A DNA stretch of 64,000 nt, taken from NCBI GenBank assembly GCA_963823665.1, contig CAWGMQ010000003.1:768001-832000 (forward strand), read 5' to 3'. The notes below the pieces were generated by a model. It ran no database searches. It worked only from the letters and a program-made list of their open reading frames with translations, and was not told the origin of the DNA. The stretch comes from an uncultured Planctomycetota bacterium. Its GTDB lineage: Bacteria; Planctomycetota; Planctomycetia; Isosphaerales; Isosphaeraceae. The position numbers were made by a program, and so were the translations under genes. Below, piece after piece: positions 29,420 to 40,646 of this stretch; the stretch's first letter is position 1; the number at the start of each line of letters is the position of its first letter.

Positions 29420-31264
29420 ATGAAGCCCCACTTGGAACTTCCAGAGCTCGGTGCGGTCTTCCAGGCGATCGGAACCTGTCGTTTTCGCGTCTGGGCACCA
29501 CTCGTCCCGCGAGTGAGCGTTCACCTGCTCCATGACGACCGGCGGATTTCGCTCGAGCCGGAGCGCTTCGGCTATCATTCAGCCGTTGTCGAGGACGTCC
29601 AACCCGGCGATCGCTATCTCTTCGAGATTGGCAATGATCGCGCGCGTCCCGACCCGGCATCGCGGTCTCAGCCCGAGGGTGTGCACGGACCGTCGGAGGT
29701 CGTCGAGACCAGCTTCAACTGGACCGACGGGGACTGGAACAGCCCGAATCTCGACGATTTTGTAATCTACGAGCTCCATGTCGGCACATTCTCGACCGAA
29801 GGAACCTTCGATGCGGCAATCGCTGATATGGATCGCCTCCGCAGCCTGGGCGTCACGGCCGTCGAGCTGATGCCCGTCGCTCAGTTTCCAGGCGCGAGAA
29901 ACTGGGGCTACGACGGGGTCTATCCCTTTGCCGTCCAGGCAAGCTACGGCGGCCCCACCGGGCTCAAGCGCTTCGTCGACGCGTGTCACGCTCGCGGGCT
30001 CGCCGTGATCCTCGACGTCGTCTTTAACCACCTCGGACCGGAGGGAAACTACCTCCGCGACTTCGGCCCATACTTCACCGACCAGTACCGTACGCCCTGG
30101 GGCGAGGCCTTGAACTTTGATGGCCCGAGCAGCGATCGCGTCCGCGAATTCTTCCTGGCCAACGCCGCCATGTGGCAAACCGAGTTTCACGTTGACGCAT
30201 TGCGCCTCGACGCGGTTCATGCAATCAAGGACGCCTCGGCCTACCCATTTCTTGCCGAGCTTGCCGACTCCACGTCCCGTCGCGCCCATGAGCTGGGCAG
30301 ACGCTTTCATCTGATCGCCGAGAGCGACCTGAACGACACCCGGCTCGTCCGGCCGTCGCACACCGGAGGCATGGGCATGGACGCCATGTGGAGCGACGAT
30401 TACCATCACGCGCTTCACACCCTCTTGACCGGCGAGCGCTCCGGGTACTACGAAGACTTTGGAAGGCTCGAAGACCTCGTCGTAGCCTACAGAACAGGCT
30501 TCACCTACAGCGGCCAGTACTCTCGCTTTCGCGACCGTCGACACGGCAACAACCCGGCAGGCCTCGAGCCATGGCGCTTCGTCGTCTCCTCGCAGAATCA
30601 CGACCAGGTCGGCAACCGCGCACAAGGAGAACGGTTGGGTTCGCTCTGCGACTGGGAAAGTCAGAAACTCGCGGCGGGACTGGTGCTCCTCTCGCCATTC
30701 ATCCCGCTCCTCTTCATGGGAGAGGAATTCGGGGAAACCGCGCCGTTTCTCTATTTCGTCAGCCACGGCGATCCTGCCCTCGTTGACGCGGTGCGCCGCG
30801 GCCGCCGTGAAGAATTCGCAAGGTTCTCCTGGAATGACGAGGTTCCCGACCCACAAGACGAGGCGACATTCATCAGATCCAAGCTGAACCGCACTCTGGC
30901 CAATGACGGCCGTGGAAAGATCCTACACCGCCTCTACCACGAGCTGATCCACCTGCGAAAAACAGCCCCAGCCCTTAGCCGCCGTGGCTGCTCGCCTCCC
31001 GAGCTCTTCGTCGACCCCTCCGGTTGCATTCTCATCGACCGCCGAGCCGAGTGCGCATCCGCTCTTCTCCTGTTCAATCTCGGCGATCGGAGCGCCTCTT
31101 TGCAGCCGAGGCGGACCGGCGGGCCTTGGCTGAAGGTCTTCGACTCATCGGCAACGCGCTGGGACGGCCCGGGTGAAGAGCTCCCCGCCACGATCCCCCC
31201 CGGCAATGCCGCCACGCTCGGCGTTCCACGACGGTCTTTCGCTGTTTTTCTTCTCGGTTCCTGA
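29420..31264 (+). CDS. treZ: Malto-oligosyltrehalose trehalohydrolase
   Basis: FRVWAP, PDPASRSQPEGVHGPS, YELHVGTF, RNWGYDG, LRLDAVH, QNHDQVGNR, FMGEE. Confidence 0.95.
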   Translation: MKPHLELPELGAVFQAIGTCRFRVWAPLVPRVSVHLLHDDRRISLEPERFGYHSAVVEDVQPGDRYLFEIGNDRARPDPASRSQPEGVHGPSEVVETSFNWTDGDWNSPNLDDFVIYELHVGTFSTEGTFDAAIADMDRLRSLGVTAVELMPVAQFPGARNWGYDGVYPFAVQASYGGPTGLKRFVDACHARGLAVILDVVFNHLGPEGNYLRDFGPYFTDQYRTPWGEALNFDGPSSDRVREFFLANAAMWQTEFHVDALRLDAVHAIKDASAYPFLAELADSTSRRAHELGRRFHLIAESDLNDTRLVRPSHTGGMGMDAMWSDDYHHALHTLLTGERSGYYEDFGRLEDLVVAYRTGFTYSGQYSRFRDRRHGNNPAGLEPWRFVVSSQNHDQVGNRAQGERLGSLCDWESQKLAAGLVLLSPFIPLLFMGEEFGETAPFLYFVSHGDPALVDAVRRGRREEFARFSWNDEVPDPQDEATFIRSKLNRTLANDGRGKILHRLYHELIHLRKTAPALSRRGCSPPELFVDPSGCILIDRRAECASALLLFNLGDRSASLQPRRTGGPWLKVFDSSATRWDGPGEELPATIPPGNAATLGVPRRSFAVFLLGS

Positions 31265-31279
31265 GAGGATCTTGCTCCC

Positions 31280-34200
31280 TTGGCTCGATACGCATGCATT
31301 CATGGCCACTTCTATCAGCCTCCGCGCGAGAGCCCCTGGCTGGAAATGATCGAGCTCCAGGACTCGGCTTATCCCTTTCACGACTGGAACGAGCGCACCA
31401 CCGCCGAGTGCTACGCTCCCAACTCCGTCGCACGCGTGCTCGATGCCAGTGGCCGCATCCTACGTCTTGTGAACAATTATTCACGCATAAGTTTCGATTT
31501 TGGGCCGACCTTGCTGCCCTGGATCGAATCTAACGCGCCCGACGTCTACCAGCGCGTGCTCGACGCCGACCGCGAAAGCCAAAGCTCCTTCGCGGGCCAT
31601 GGCTCAGCCATTGCACAAGTATACAATCATATCATACTGCCTTTGGCAAACGATGACGACCGCAGAACCCAAGTCGACTGGGGAATTCGCGACTTCCGCC
31701 ATCGCTTCGGTCGCGAGCCCGAGGGAATGTGGCTCGCCGAGACCGCCGCCGACATCCCCACCCTCGAGGTTCTGGCCGAGTATGGCGTCCGCTTCACCGT
31801 GCTCGCCCCCAACCAGGCGGCGCGTGTCCGTAAAGTCGGGTCTCTTGAATGGACCGACGTGAGTGGGGCAAGGATCGACCCCTCCGTCCCCTACGTTCAG
31901 AAACTCCCGTCCGGGCGCTCGCTCGCTCTCTTCTTCTACGATGGACCGGTCTCGCAGGCCGTCGCGTTCGAGAAGCTGCTCACGCGCGGAGAATCCCTCG
32001 CCGGCCGCTTGATCTCGGCATTCTCGGACCTGCGCGAGGGCGACCAGTTGGTCCATATCGCGACCGACGGTGAATCCTACGGCCACCACCACGCGCACGG
32101 CGATATGGCCCTGGCCTCCGCCCTCGAACTTCTCGCCGCTACCCCGGAAATAACTCTGACGAACTACGGCCAGTTTCTCGAAAACCACCCGCCACAGTCT
32201 GAAGTCGAGATCTTCGAGAATTCCTCCTGGAGCTGCGCCCATGGCGTCGAGCGCTGGCGGTCGAATTGCGGGTGCAACTCGGGCCGGGCCGGCTGGCATC
32301 AAGATTGGCGCAGCCCCTTCGAGCCGCCCTCGATGCTCTCCGCGACAGTGGACGCACCTTGTACGAGCAGCATGCAAGGGAGCTGCTCAAAGATCCTTGG
32401 GCCGCCCGCAACGAATACATCGAGATCATCCTCGACCGGTCTCCCGAAACAATCGACGCCTGGTTCGCGCGACACGCGCGACGAGCGCTCTCCGGCGCCG
32501 AGCGCGTGCAGGCGATCAAGCTGCTCGAGATGCAGCGCCATTCATTGTTGATGTATACCAGTTGCGGATGGTTCTTCGACGAGATCTCCGGACTTGAGAC
32601 AGTCCAGATTCTCCAGTACGCCGCCAGGATGATCCAGCTTGCCGAGGAGACGTGCGGCGCGAGCCTGGAGCCCTCGTTTCTCGAGCAATTGTCCCTCGCT
32701 CCCAGCAATCTCCCTGACCTTCACCCCACCGGGCGCGAAGTCTACGAGAAATTCGTGAGCACCTTCCGGCTCGGCTGGCAGAATGTCGCCGCCCACTTCG
32801 CCGTCGCCTCGCTCTTCCGGTCCGTCGAGGAATCATCTCAGATCTCCTGCTACGACGTCGTCCAGAACGCAGCACAAGTCCGCGAGGCCGGAAGCGTCAA
32901 GCTGTTGGTCGGCCAGGCGCGTCTCGAATCCCGCATCACCCTGGAGTCCTGGCACTTCGCCTATTCCGCCCTGCACCTCGGCGATCACAACGTGAACGCC
33001 GGCGTGATCGCCTACCCCGGCGACCAGCCCTACGAGGAGATCGCCGCTCAACTGGCTGAAGCCTTCGCAACCGTCGAAACGCCCCAGATCATTCGCCTCA
33101 TGGATCGCTTCTTTGGTGAGGCTGGCTACTCGATCGCCTCTCTCTTCCGCGACCTCCAGCGCCAGGTGCTCAAGAGTCTCTTCCGCGAGCGCCTCACCAT
33201 GATCACCGAGATGTATCAGCGCGTCTTCGATTCCAACCTGCCGCTGATGCGGTTCCTCCAGCACCTCTCGGCACCCATTCCGATGCCCCTCCACGCGACC
33301 GCCGAGGTCCTCTTCAACTCCGACTTGCGATGGGCGCTCAAGGACGACGCCCCGGACTTCGATCAGATAAGGCGCCTCTTTCATGAGGCGCAGACATGGA
33401 GCCTCCCGCTGGACGGCAACGGACTCAGCTACCAGCTCACCAAGACGCTCGACCGCGCCGCCCAGCGCTGGCTGGCTGAGCCGGATCAGCTCGAACCCCT
33501 GAACGTCCTGGCGTCCGGCATCGACCTGGCGCGCGAGCTCCCGTTCGAGCCCAATATCTGGACGCCGCAGAACGTCTACTTCGAGGTGCGCGGTCGCGTC
33601 TTCGAACAAATGGCCGAACAGGCGGCCCAGAGCGAGGCCGCTGCAAATTGGGTCAATGAATTCTTGAGCCTCGGCGAAAAGCTGGGAATTGTCGTCGAAG
33701 CCGAAAAAAAAAAGAGCCTCCAGTTGGGGGCCCGCCCCAGGATCGAGCTCTTGATCGATGAGTGCTTGGGCTCCCGTCACGTCCCGAGCGCAACCTATCG
33801 CCTCCAGTTGAACAGCGACTTCTCCTTCGAGGCCGCGCAAGCCCTCGTTCCCTACCTGCACGCCCTGGGCGCGAGCGACGTCTACGTCTCACCTATCCTC
33901 CAGGCGCGGCCCGGCAGTCGCCACGGCTACGACGTCTGCGATCACTCCCGGATCAGCGAAGATCTGGGCGGCGAGCCCGCGCTGCTCGACCTGGCCGCGG
34001 CCCTCGAAGCCCGGAACATGGGCCTGGTGCTCGACGTCGTCCCCAACCATATGGCTGTGGGAAACGCGGCCAATGCCTGGTGGGCAGATGTGCTCGAGCA
34101 CGGCGCCAGCTCGCATTACGCGGAGTTCTTCGACATCGACTGGCACCCGACCAACCCCGATCTGAAAGACAAGGTCCTCCTCCCTATCCTGGGCGATCAG

Positions 34201-36747
34201 TATGGCAAGACCCTCGAGGCCAGGCAGCTCCAGCTCTCGTACGGCGCCGGCGGCTTCCTCATCCACTATTACGACTCAACCCTCCCGGTCTCGCCGCGAT
34301 CCTATCTCCGGATTCTCTCGCCCCAGATCGAAGAGTTGACCCGCCGCTTGGGCGATGACCATGACCAGTTGCTGGAATACCGCAGCATTCTCACCGCCCT
34401 CAAACACCTTCCGCCGCCCACCGGCCTTCAAGAAGAACGCCAGGCCGAGCGGTATCGCGAAGTCGCAATCATCAAGAGGCGCCTCGCGGCCCTCGCGGAA
34501 GCAAGCCCCGACGTGCTCACGATGGTCACCGCCGCGGTCGATCGCTTCAACGGGCGGATCGGCAGCTCGGAAAGCTTCGACGAGCTCGACGCCCTGATCG
34601 CCGATCAGTCCTACCGGCCGGCTTTCTGGCGCGTCGCGATGGACGAGATCAATTACCGCCGCTTCTTCGACATCAATGAGCTGGCCGCGATCCGCATCGA
34701 AAACCCTCGCGTATTCGACGCCACACACGACGTGATCTTCCGCATCCTCGCCGGTGTCCCTCGTTGTGGTCTTCGGATCGATCATCCCGACGGGCTGTAC
34801 AACCCCGCACGCTACTTCCAGAACCTTCAAGAACGCTATCTGCTCGACCAGCTCCAGGCACGACTCGAGGGCGCCCCCTTGACCTCCCCGATCAGGCGCG
34901 AGGCTCTTTCTGCCCTGTCGGCACACCTGGCCAACGGAAAGCCCGCCCCCCTCTACGTCGTCGTCGAGAAAATCCTGGGCGAAGACGAGCCCTTGCCCCA
35001 TGACTGGCGCGTCGATGGTACCAGCGGATACGACTTCTTGAACGCCTGCAACCGCCTTTTCGTCCAGGAGCAGAGTGTCGCCGCTCTCGAACGCCTCTAC
35101 CACGAGCTCACCGCCGAAACCCGCAGCCTGGGCACACTCGTTCGCGATTGCAAACAAATCATAATGCAAACATCAATGGCAAGCGAGATCATCACCTTGA
35201 GTCACCAGCTCGACCGGATCACCGAGCGGAACAGGCGCTACCGTGACTTCACTTTCAGCAACTTGAGGCACGCAATCCGCGAGTTCATCGCCAGTCTGGC
35301 CATCTATCGCAGCTACACAACGCCCGACGCCAGGGTCTCCGACCGCGACCGCCATTTCATCGAGCTCGCTTGTGAACAAGCCAAGCTGGTCAATCAGCGC
35401 GTCTCCGAGGGCATCTTCGACTTCATCCGCGACACCGTCCTGCTGAGCAGTTTGGATCAGTTTCCCCCCGGCGACCGCCCGCGCATCCTCGACTGGGTCC
35501 TCCGCTTCCAGCAGGTCACGGGCCCGATCATGGCCAAGGGCATCGAAGACACAGCCTTTTACGTCTATAACAAGCTGATTTCGCTCAACGAAGTCGGAGG
35601 GCACCCGGATCGCTGCGAATCGACCCTTGAGGCTTTCCACAACCTCAATGCCGAACACGCAGAGCACTGGCCGTGCACCATGCTCTGCTCGTCCACCCAC
35701 GACACGAAACGCAGCGAGGACGTCCGCGCTCGGTTGAGCGTCCTCTCCGAGCTCGTCGACGACTGGGCCCAATCGATCGCCCAGTGGTTCGAGCTCACCA
35801 GGAATCACCTCGCACAAGTCGACGGAAAACCCGCTCCCACCGCCAACGACCGGTACCTCCTCTTTCAGACCCTGCTGGGCACCTGGCCCGACCCCACCCC
35901 GGCTTCTTCGCAAGAGCTTGCGGTCTATCGCGATCGCATCCTTGCCTATATGGAGAAGGCCATAAAGGAAGCGAAGCAGAACAGCAACTGGGTCAACCCG
36001 AACGTGCAGTACGACGAGGCCGTCCGCTCCTTCGTCGCCACCTTGCTCTCGGACCGCCCGGACAATCCCTTCCGCAAATCGTTCGCCCCATTCGCGCGGC
36101 GCGTAGCCCGTCTGGGCCGCTTCAATTCCCTCGCCCAGGTGGTGCTGAAACTTACCGCCCCGGGTGTTCCTGACATCTACCAGGGTAACGAAATCTGGGA
36201 TTTCAGCCTGGTCGATCCCGACAATCGACGCCCCGTCTGCTTTGAGAGCCGCGCCAGGATCCTCGACTCCCTCCGCCCATTGCTCGACCAACCCACCGAA
36301 AACCTCGACCGGCAAGTCGCGGACTTGTTGGCCCACGCGATCGACGGACGTATCAAGATGTACGTCACGTCTCGCTTGCTTCGTCACCGCCAGTCAAATC
36401 CCGAGCTGTTCAAGTTTGGGAGCTACCTGCCAGTCAAGCCCGTCGGCTCGAAGGCAGAATGTCTCTGTGCATTCCAGCGCCAGCACAACGACCGCGCCCT
36501 GATCGTCGCGACTTGCATTCGACCGGCAAGCGTCGCGCCAGAGGAAACTGCCCCTCCAGTCGGAAATGCCGCGTGGGCGGAGACATTCCTACCTTTGCAC
36601 AACTTGCCTTCCGACATGAGACTGACTGAGATCCTGACAGGCCGTGAGCTCCGATCCACGATGGGCCAGGAAGGCGAGGCGCGCCTGGCCCTGAGCCAGG
36701 TTTTCGCGACCCTCCCCGTCGCCGCGATCGCGGCCAGCCCGGCCTAG
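31280..36747 (+). CDS. treY: GH57/DUF3536 glycoside hydrolase fused in frame to malto-oligosyltrehalose synthase (one indel at ~32315)
   Basis: HGHFYQPPRE, GMWLAET, ATDGESYGHH, MYTSCGWFF (GH57); then VPSATYRLQ, HGYDV, DVVPNHM, INYRRFFDI, LRIDHPDG, STHDTKRSEDVR, LVDPDNRR (TreY); no stop codon between the domains. Confidence 0.9.
33704..33747 (+). other. A10 run / A_AAA_AAG slippery heptamer plus downstream hairpin at the GH57-TreY junction
   Basis: In-frame codons GAA AAA AAA AAG (33703-33714); TTGGGG-gcccg-CCCCAG stem at 33724-33740. Confidence 0.55.
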
Positions 36748-36891
36748 CTTCGAACAAAGGTGCCAGGAACCGAAAAAACCTGGTTCCCGCTCCCAGCGAG
36801 GAAAAGGACGTGCTCGACTGAGGACAACGAATCAAGCTTCGGCTCCAGGACGTTGCGGAAATCTCCGCCGTCGCCGCCGGCATCATCCATG

Positions 36892-36939
36892 GCACCAACG
36901 GGGCCCCTGTCAATAGCCACGGGCTTCAGCCCTTGGCAC
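36892..36939. repeat. REP-like element, copy 2, between convergent treY and oleD
   Basis: gcaccaacggggcccctgtcaatagccacgggcttcagcccttggcac matches 2657-2705. Confidence 0.65.
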
Positions 36940-36996
36940 CATGAACTACGGCCACATCGCGCTTTCACCCGGATCGCCACCACCGCTCGCCCATCG

Positions 36997-38007
36997 TCAC
37001 TTCACGCCCCCCAAGTGCTCCTCCAGCAGTCGCATCCCCTGCTCAATACTGATCCTTGGCTCATACCCCAAATCGCGCCGCGCCGCGTCGATCTTGAACC
37101 AGTGCGTCGTCGAAAGCTGGCGAACCAGAAATCGTGTGAGCGGCGGCTCGGCCGTTTGACCCGACAGCAAGTAGCCCAGCTCGAGCAGCCCGGCCGTAGC
37201 AATCGCCACCGGCCGCTTGATCGATCGCCTCACCGGCGCCATGCCCGCGGCGGCCAGCAGCCGGTCGATCATTGTCCACAGGGGAATGATCTCGCCCTGT
37301 GTGACAAAATAAACCTTGCCCGCGATCGGACTGCCCGGCTCAAGCATGTCGGCGGCCAGGAAGTGGGCCTGGGCCGCATTGTCGATGTAAATCGGGTCAA
37401 TCTTCGGCTCACCGTCGCCGATGCGACGCAACCGCCCACTTTGCGCCCGTGAAATGATCCTGGGCAAGAGGTTGTTGTCTCCCGGCCCCCAGATCAAATG
37501 CGGGCGAATCGACACCGCTGCGAGGTCCTTGCCGTTCGCCGCGATGATGAGCTGCTCGGCGCAGCGCTTTTGTCTTGGGATAGCTGGCATCAAACCGGCT
37601 CGGGTAAGGCGCCGTCTCGTCGGCTCCCTCCATCGCGCGGCCGTTGAACACCACGCTCGGCGAGCTCGTGAAGATGATCCGTCGCGCCCCCAGCCGCCGG
37701 CAGGCGTCGATCACATTCGTCGTTCCCTGCACGTTCACGCGCTCATACTCACGCTCCGGTCCCCACAGGCCGGCCTTCGCCGCCGTGTGGAAGACCGTCC
37801 GGCAACCCTCGACGGCGCGATCGACCGCAGCCGCGTCGGAGACATCGCCTTGGATCTGCTCGACTTCGAGTTTGGCGAGGTGCGAATAATACCGCCGCGA
37901 AAGGCTGCGCACAGGCAATCCACGTCGCGCGCAAACGCGACCAGCGCGCTGCCCAGGAACCCGCCGCCGCCGGTCACCAGAACCTTGCCCAGCCCGGAAT
38001 CGCTCAT
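36997..38007 (-). CDS. oleD: NAD-dependent epimerase/dehydratase, OleD-type 2-alkyl-3-oxoalkanoate reductase (two frameshifts)
   Basis: VLVTGGGGFLG, FHTAAKAG.WG, TSSPSVVF, YPKTK, IRPHLIWGPGD; start overlaps the oleC stop. Confidence 0.85.
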
Positions 38008-39710
38008 GACAGCTTTCTCGTCGCCCACTCGGCCAGCTTTTCGCGGAAGATCTTGGCGTTGTGCCGCGCATCCACCGGAAAGCTAGGGTGAAATAAGATC
38101 GTTCGAATGTTCATGGTGTGCGCGAATAAAGCCCCGCGCTCGAGAAGCTCTCGCGCAACCCGTTGCCGCTCGACACGAGTTAATCGCCGTACAGGCTCGA
38201 CGCAGATCACCGGCGTCACCTCGCCCTTGACGAGTGCTCCCACAAGCGCCGTCCTCGCCACTTCCGGATGCGCGTTGAAGATTGCCTCGCACGGAATCGT
38301 GAAATACGTCTGCCCGCGAGCGATCACCCGGTGCAACTTGCGGCCGCAGAACCAGAGCCTTCCCTTCTCGTCTCGATAGCCGACGTCGCCCATGCGATGC
38401 AAGACAGCGTCGCCTTGGGCACTCTTGATCTTGGCGAGTGCCGTTGCTTCCGGTCGATCGAAATACGCACGCGTCACAACCGGCCCCGACACCACAAACT
38501 CACCGATCTCCCCGTTCGAGACCAGCAAGTCTCCAGACCAGGTCGCGATCGGTCGATCATGGATCGAGATCACCTCGACCTCCATCCCATTCGCCGGCGT
38601 GCCCACGCAGACGCCCATCCCGCGCTCGGTCGCCGCCCGCGTCTCGCTCAGGATTTCGTCGCTGCCGATCGATGCGACGGGAAGTGACTCGGTCGCCCCG
38701 TACGGCGTGTAAATCTGCGCGGGTGGATCGATCAGCCGCGCCAGTCGCTCGATCAGCGCCGCCGAGACCGGGGCCCCCGCGGAGATGATCCGCTTGAGCG
38801 TCGGCAATCGGATCGCGGAAGCCTCGGCTCCCTCGGCCAGCCGCCGCAGCAAGGCCGGCGACCCGAACAGGTTGGTAATGCCGAAGTCTTCAACCGCCTC
38901 GAAAAGCTTGAACGGGTCGACCCGCGCGGGCCGAGTCGGATCCATGTCGGGAACCACCGCCGTCATCCCGAGTGCCGGTGCGAACAAGGCAAACAGCGGG
39001 AACGTGCACAGATCAATCTCGCCCGGCTCGATCTTGTAGAGCGCACGGAACGCATTCACCTGCGCAAGGAAGATCGCGTGCGAATAGACCGCCCCTTTGG
39101 GCGGGCCCGTGCTGCCGCTGGTAAAGAGGATCGCGGCCGTTTCATCGGTCGCTCCCGGAGTGACCAGAGGCGCACTGCCGGGCTGCTTGGCGAGCTCGTA
39201 GTTTCCCGCGAAACGCAGGTATTCAAGTGTCTTGATTTTTTCCCCGAACGACGGCACGCCGGGGCCGACCCACACCCGCTGCTTCACGGTCCGGCCGCCC
39301 CAGGCAAGGATCCGCTGCGCCGCGATCGCCTTCGGTATGCCGATGAACGCGTCGGGTGCCGCTTGTGCGCAGCAATGGGCAAGACCCTTCATACCGATGC
39401 CCGGATCGATCACGACCGGAACAATGCCCGCCTTGAAGAGCGCAAACACCAGGGAAAAGAAGTCGAGGCCGGGGCGAACCATCAGCACGGCCCGAGCTCC
39501 GCGCTCGATCCCCGCGGCGTAGAGGCCAAGGGCAATCGCATCGCTGTCGCGGTCGAGCCCACGGTACGTGAGATGCGTGTAACACGCGCGTCCGGCGTGG
39601 TCTCTTCCCGCCGGCGCGATCACCGCCGGCTTGTACGGCTCGCTCGCCGCCATCGCGACCAGGTGGCCCGCGATGTTCACAGGCTCGCTGAGAACAAGTT
39701 TCTGGCTCAA
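38004..39710 (-). CDS. oleC: Olefin beta-lactone synthetase (AMP-binding family)
   Basis: AAILFTSGSTGPPKG, TPYGATESLPV, HRMGD, FPVDARHNAKIFRE; lies between oleB and oleD. Confidence 0.9.
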   Translation of the reverse strand: MSQKLVLSEPVNIAGHLVAMAASEPYKPAVIAPAGRDHAGRACYTHLTYRGLDRDSDAIALGLYAAGIERGARAVLMVRPGLDFFSLVFALFKAGIVPVVIDPGIGMKGLAHCCAQAAPDAFIGIPKAIAAQRILAWGGRTVKQRVWVGPGVPSFGEKIKTLEYLRFAGNYELAKQPGSAPLVTPGATDETAAILFTSGSTGPPKGAVYSHAIFLAQVNAFRALYKIEPGEIDLCTFPLFALFAPALGMTAVVPDMDPTRPARVDPFKLFEAVEDFGITNLFGSPALLRRLAEGAEASAIRLPTLKRIISAGAPVSAALIERLARLIDPPAQIYTPYGATESLPVASIGSDEILSETRAATERGMGVCVGTPANGMEVEVISIHDRPIATWSGDLLVSNGEIGEFVVSGPVVTRAYFDRPEATALAKIKSAQGDAVLHRMGDVGYRDEKGRLWFCGRKLHRVIARGQTYFTIPCEAIFNAHPEVARTALVGALVKGEVTPVICVEPVRRLTRVERQRVARELLERGALFAHTMNIRTILFHPSFPVDARHNAKIFREKLAEWATRKLS

Positions 39711-40633
39711 CCGACAGGCTCCTCCATGGCAGGCTGCTTCGCGAGGAACTGCTGCACGAGCCCGCTGATCGAATCGGCTTCATCCTCGAACAGATAATGC
39801 CCGGCGTGCGGAAAGCGATGCACCCGTGCCGCGGGAAACTTGCCCTCCCACTCCTCGAGAAAACGGTGATCGAAGACAAAGTCTTTCATGCCCCAAAGGA
39901 TGAGCATGGGAACCGATTGAAGCCGGTGCAGCCGCTCCTGCACCCACGACACCAGCTCGTAGCTGCGATCACCCGGCGCGAGCGGAATGTCCTGGACGAA
40001 TCGATGAACAGCGATCCGATTGCTCCATGAGTCATAGGGGTACACGTACGCCCGCCACAAATCGCGTGGCATCATTCGCCGCTTGCATCCGATCAGCGCC
40101 GTTCCGTGGCAGAATGCGTTGCCGCCCCTGACCATCACCGCCGCCAGCGGCGATCGTCGACAGAAGGCCAGCACGCGCGGCAGCCGTTTCGACTGCGGCA
40201 AATGAAACGCCGCGGTATTCGTCACGACCAGCCGGGCGATCCGTTCTGGATGCCTGGCCGCATAAGCCATGCCGATCATGCCGCCCCAATCGTGCACGAT
40301 CAGCGTGAGCTCGCGATCGAGGCCGAGGTATTCCAGGAGCGCCTCCAGATCATCGACCCGGCTCTCGAGCGTGTAAGCATACCGCGAATCATCGGGCTTT
40401 TCGGAAAGGCCACAGCCGATATGGTCGGGCACGATCACTCGATGCGAGCCGCGCAGCGACTCGATCAAGCGCCGGTAAAGGAACGACCAGGTGGGGTTGC
40501 CGTGAAGCATCACCACCGGATCGCCCGCGCCTTCGTCGATGTAATGAAGCCGCAGCCCGCGGCAGTCGAAATCGCGCCCGGGGTGGTTCGACAGGAACGC
40601 CTCGAGCACTTGCCGTACTTTCTTGATCGTCAT
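39707..40633 (-). CDS. oleB: Haloalkane-dehalogenase-like hydrolase, OleB beta-lactone decarboxylase
   Basis: HGNPTWSF, PDHIGCGLS, VHDWGG (Asp nucleophile), RFVQDIPL, WGMKDFVF, AGHY. Confidence 0.88.
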   Translation of the reverse strand: MTIKKVRQVLEAFLSNHPGRDFDCRGLRLHYIDEGAGDPVVMLHGNPTWSFLYRRLIESLRGSHRVIVPDHIGCGLSEKPDDSRYAYTLESRVDDLEALLEYLGLDRELTLIVHDWGGMIGMAYAARHPERIARLVVTNTAAFHLPQSKRLPRVLAFCRRSPLAAVMVRGGNAFCHGTALIGCKRRMMPRDLWRAYVYPYDSWSNRIAVHRFVQDIPLAPGDRSYELVSWVQERLHRLQSVPMLILWGMKDFVFDHRFLEEWEGKFPAARVHRFPHAGHYLFEDEADSISGLVQQFLAKQPAMEEPVG

Positions 40634-40646
40634 AGCTCCGCGAGTT

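Noticed and set aside
29579..36387. Long antisense ORFs over treZ/treY (and similar ones over the pfa genes)
   Set aside because: Shadow ORFs expected from high GC3 on the coding strand; no protein motifs.
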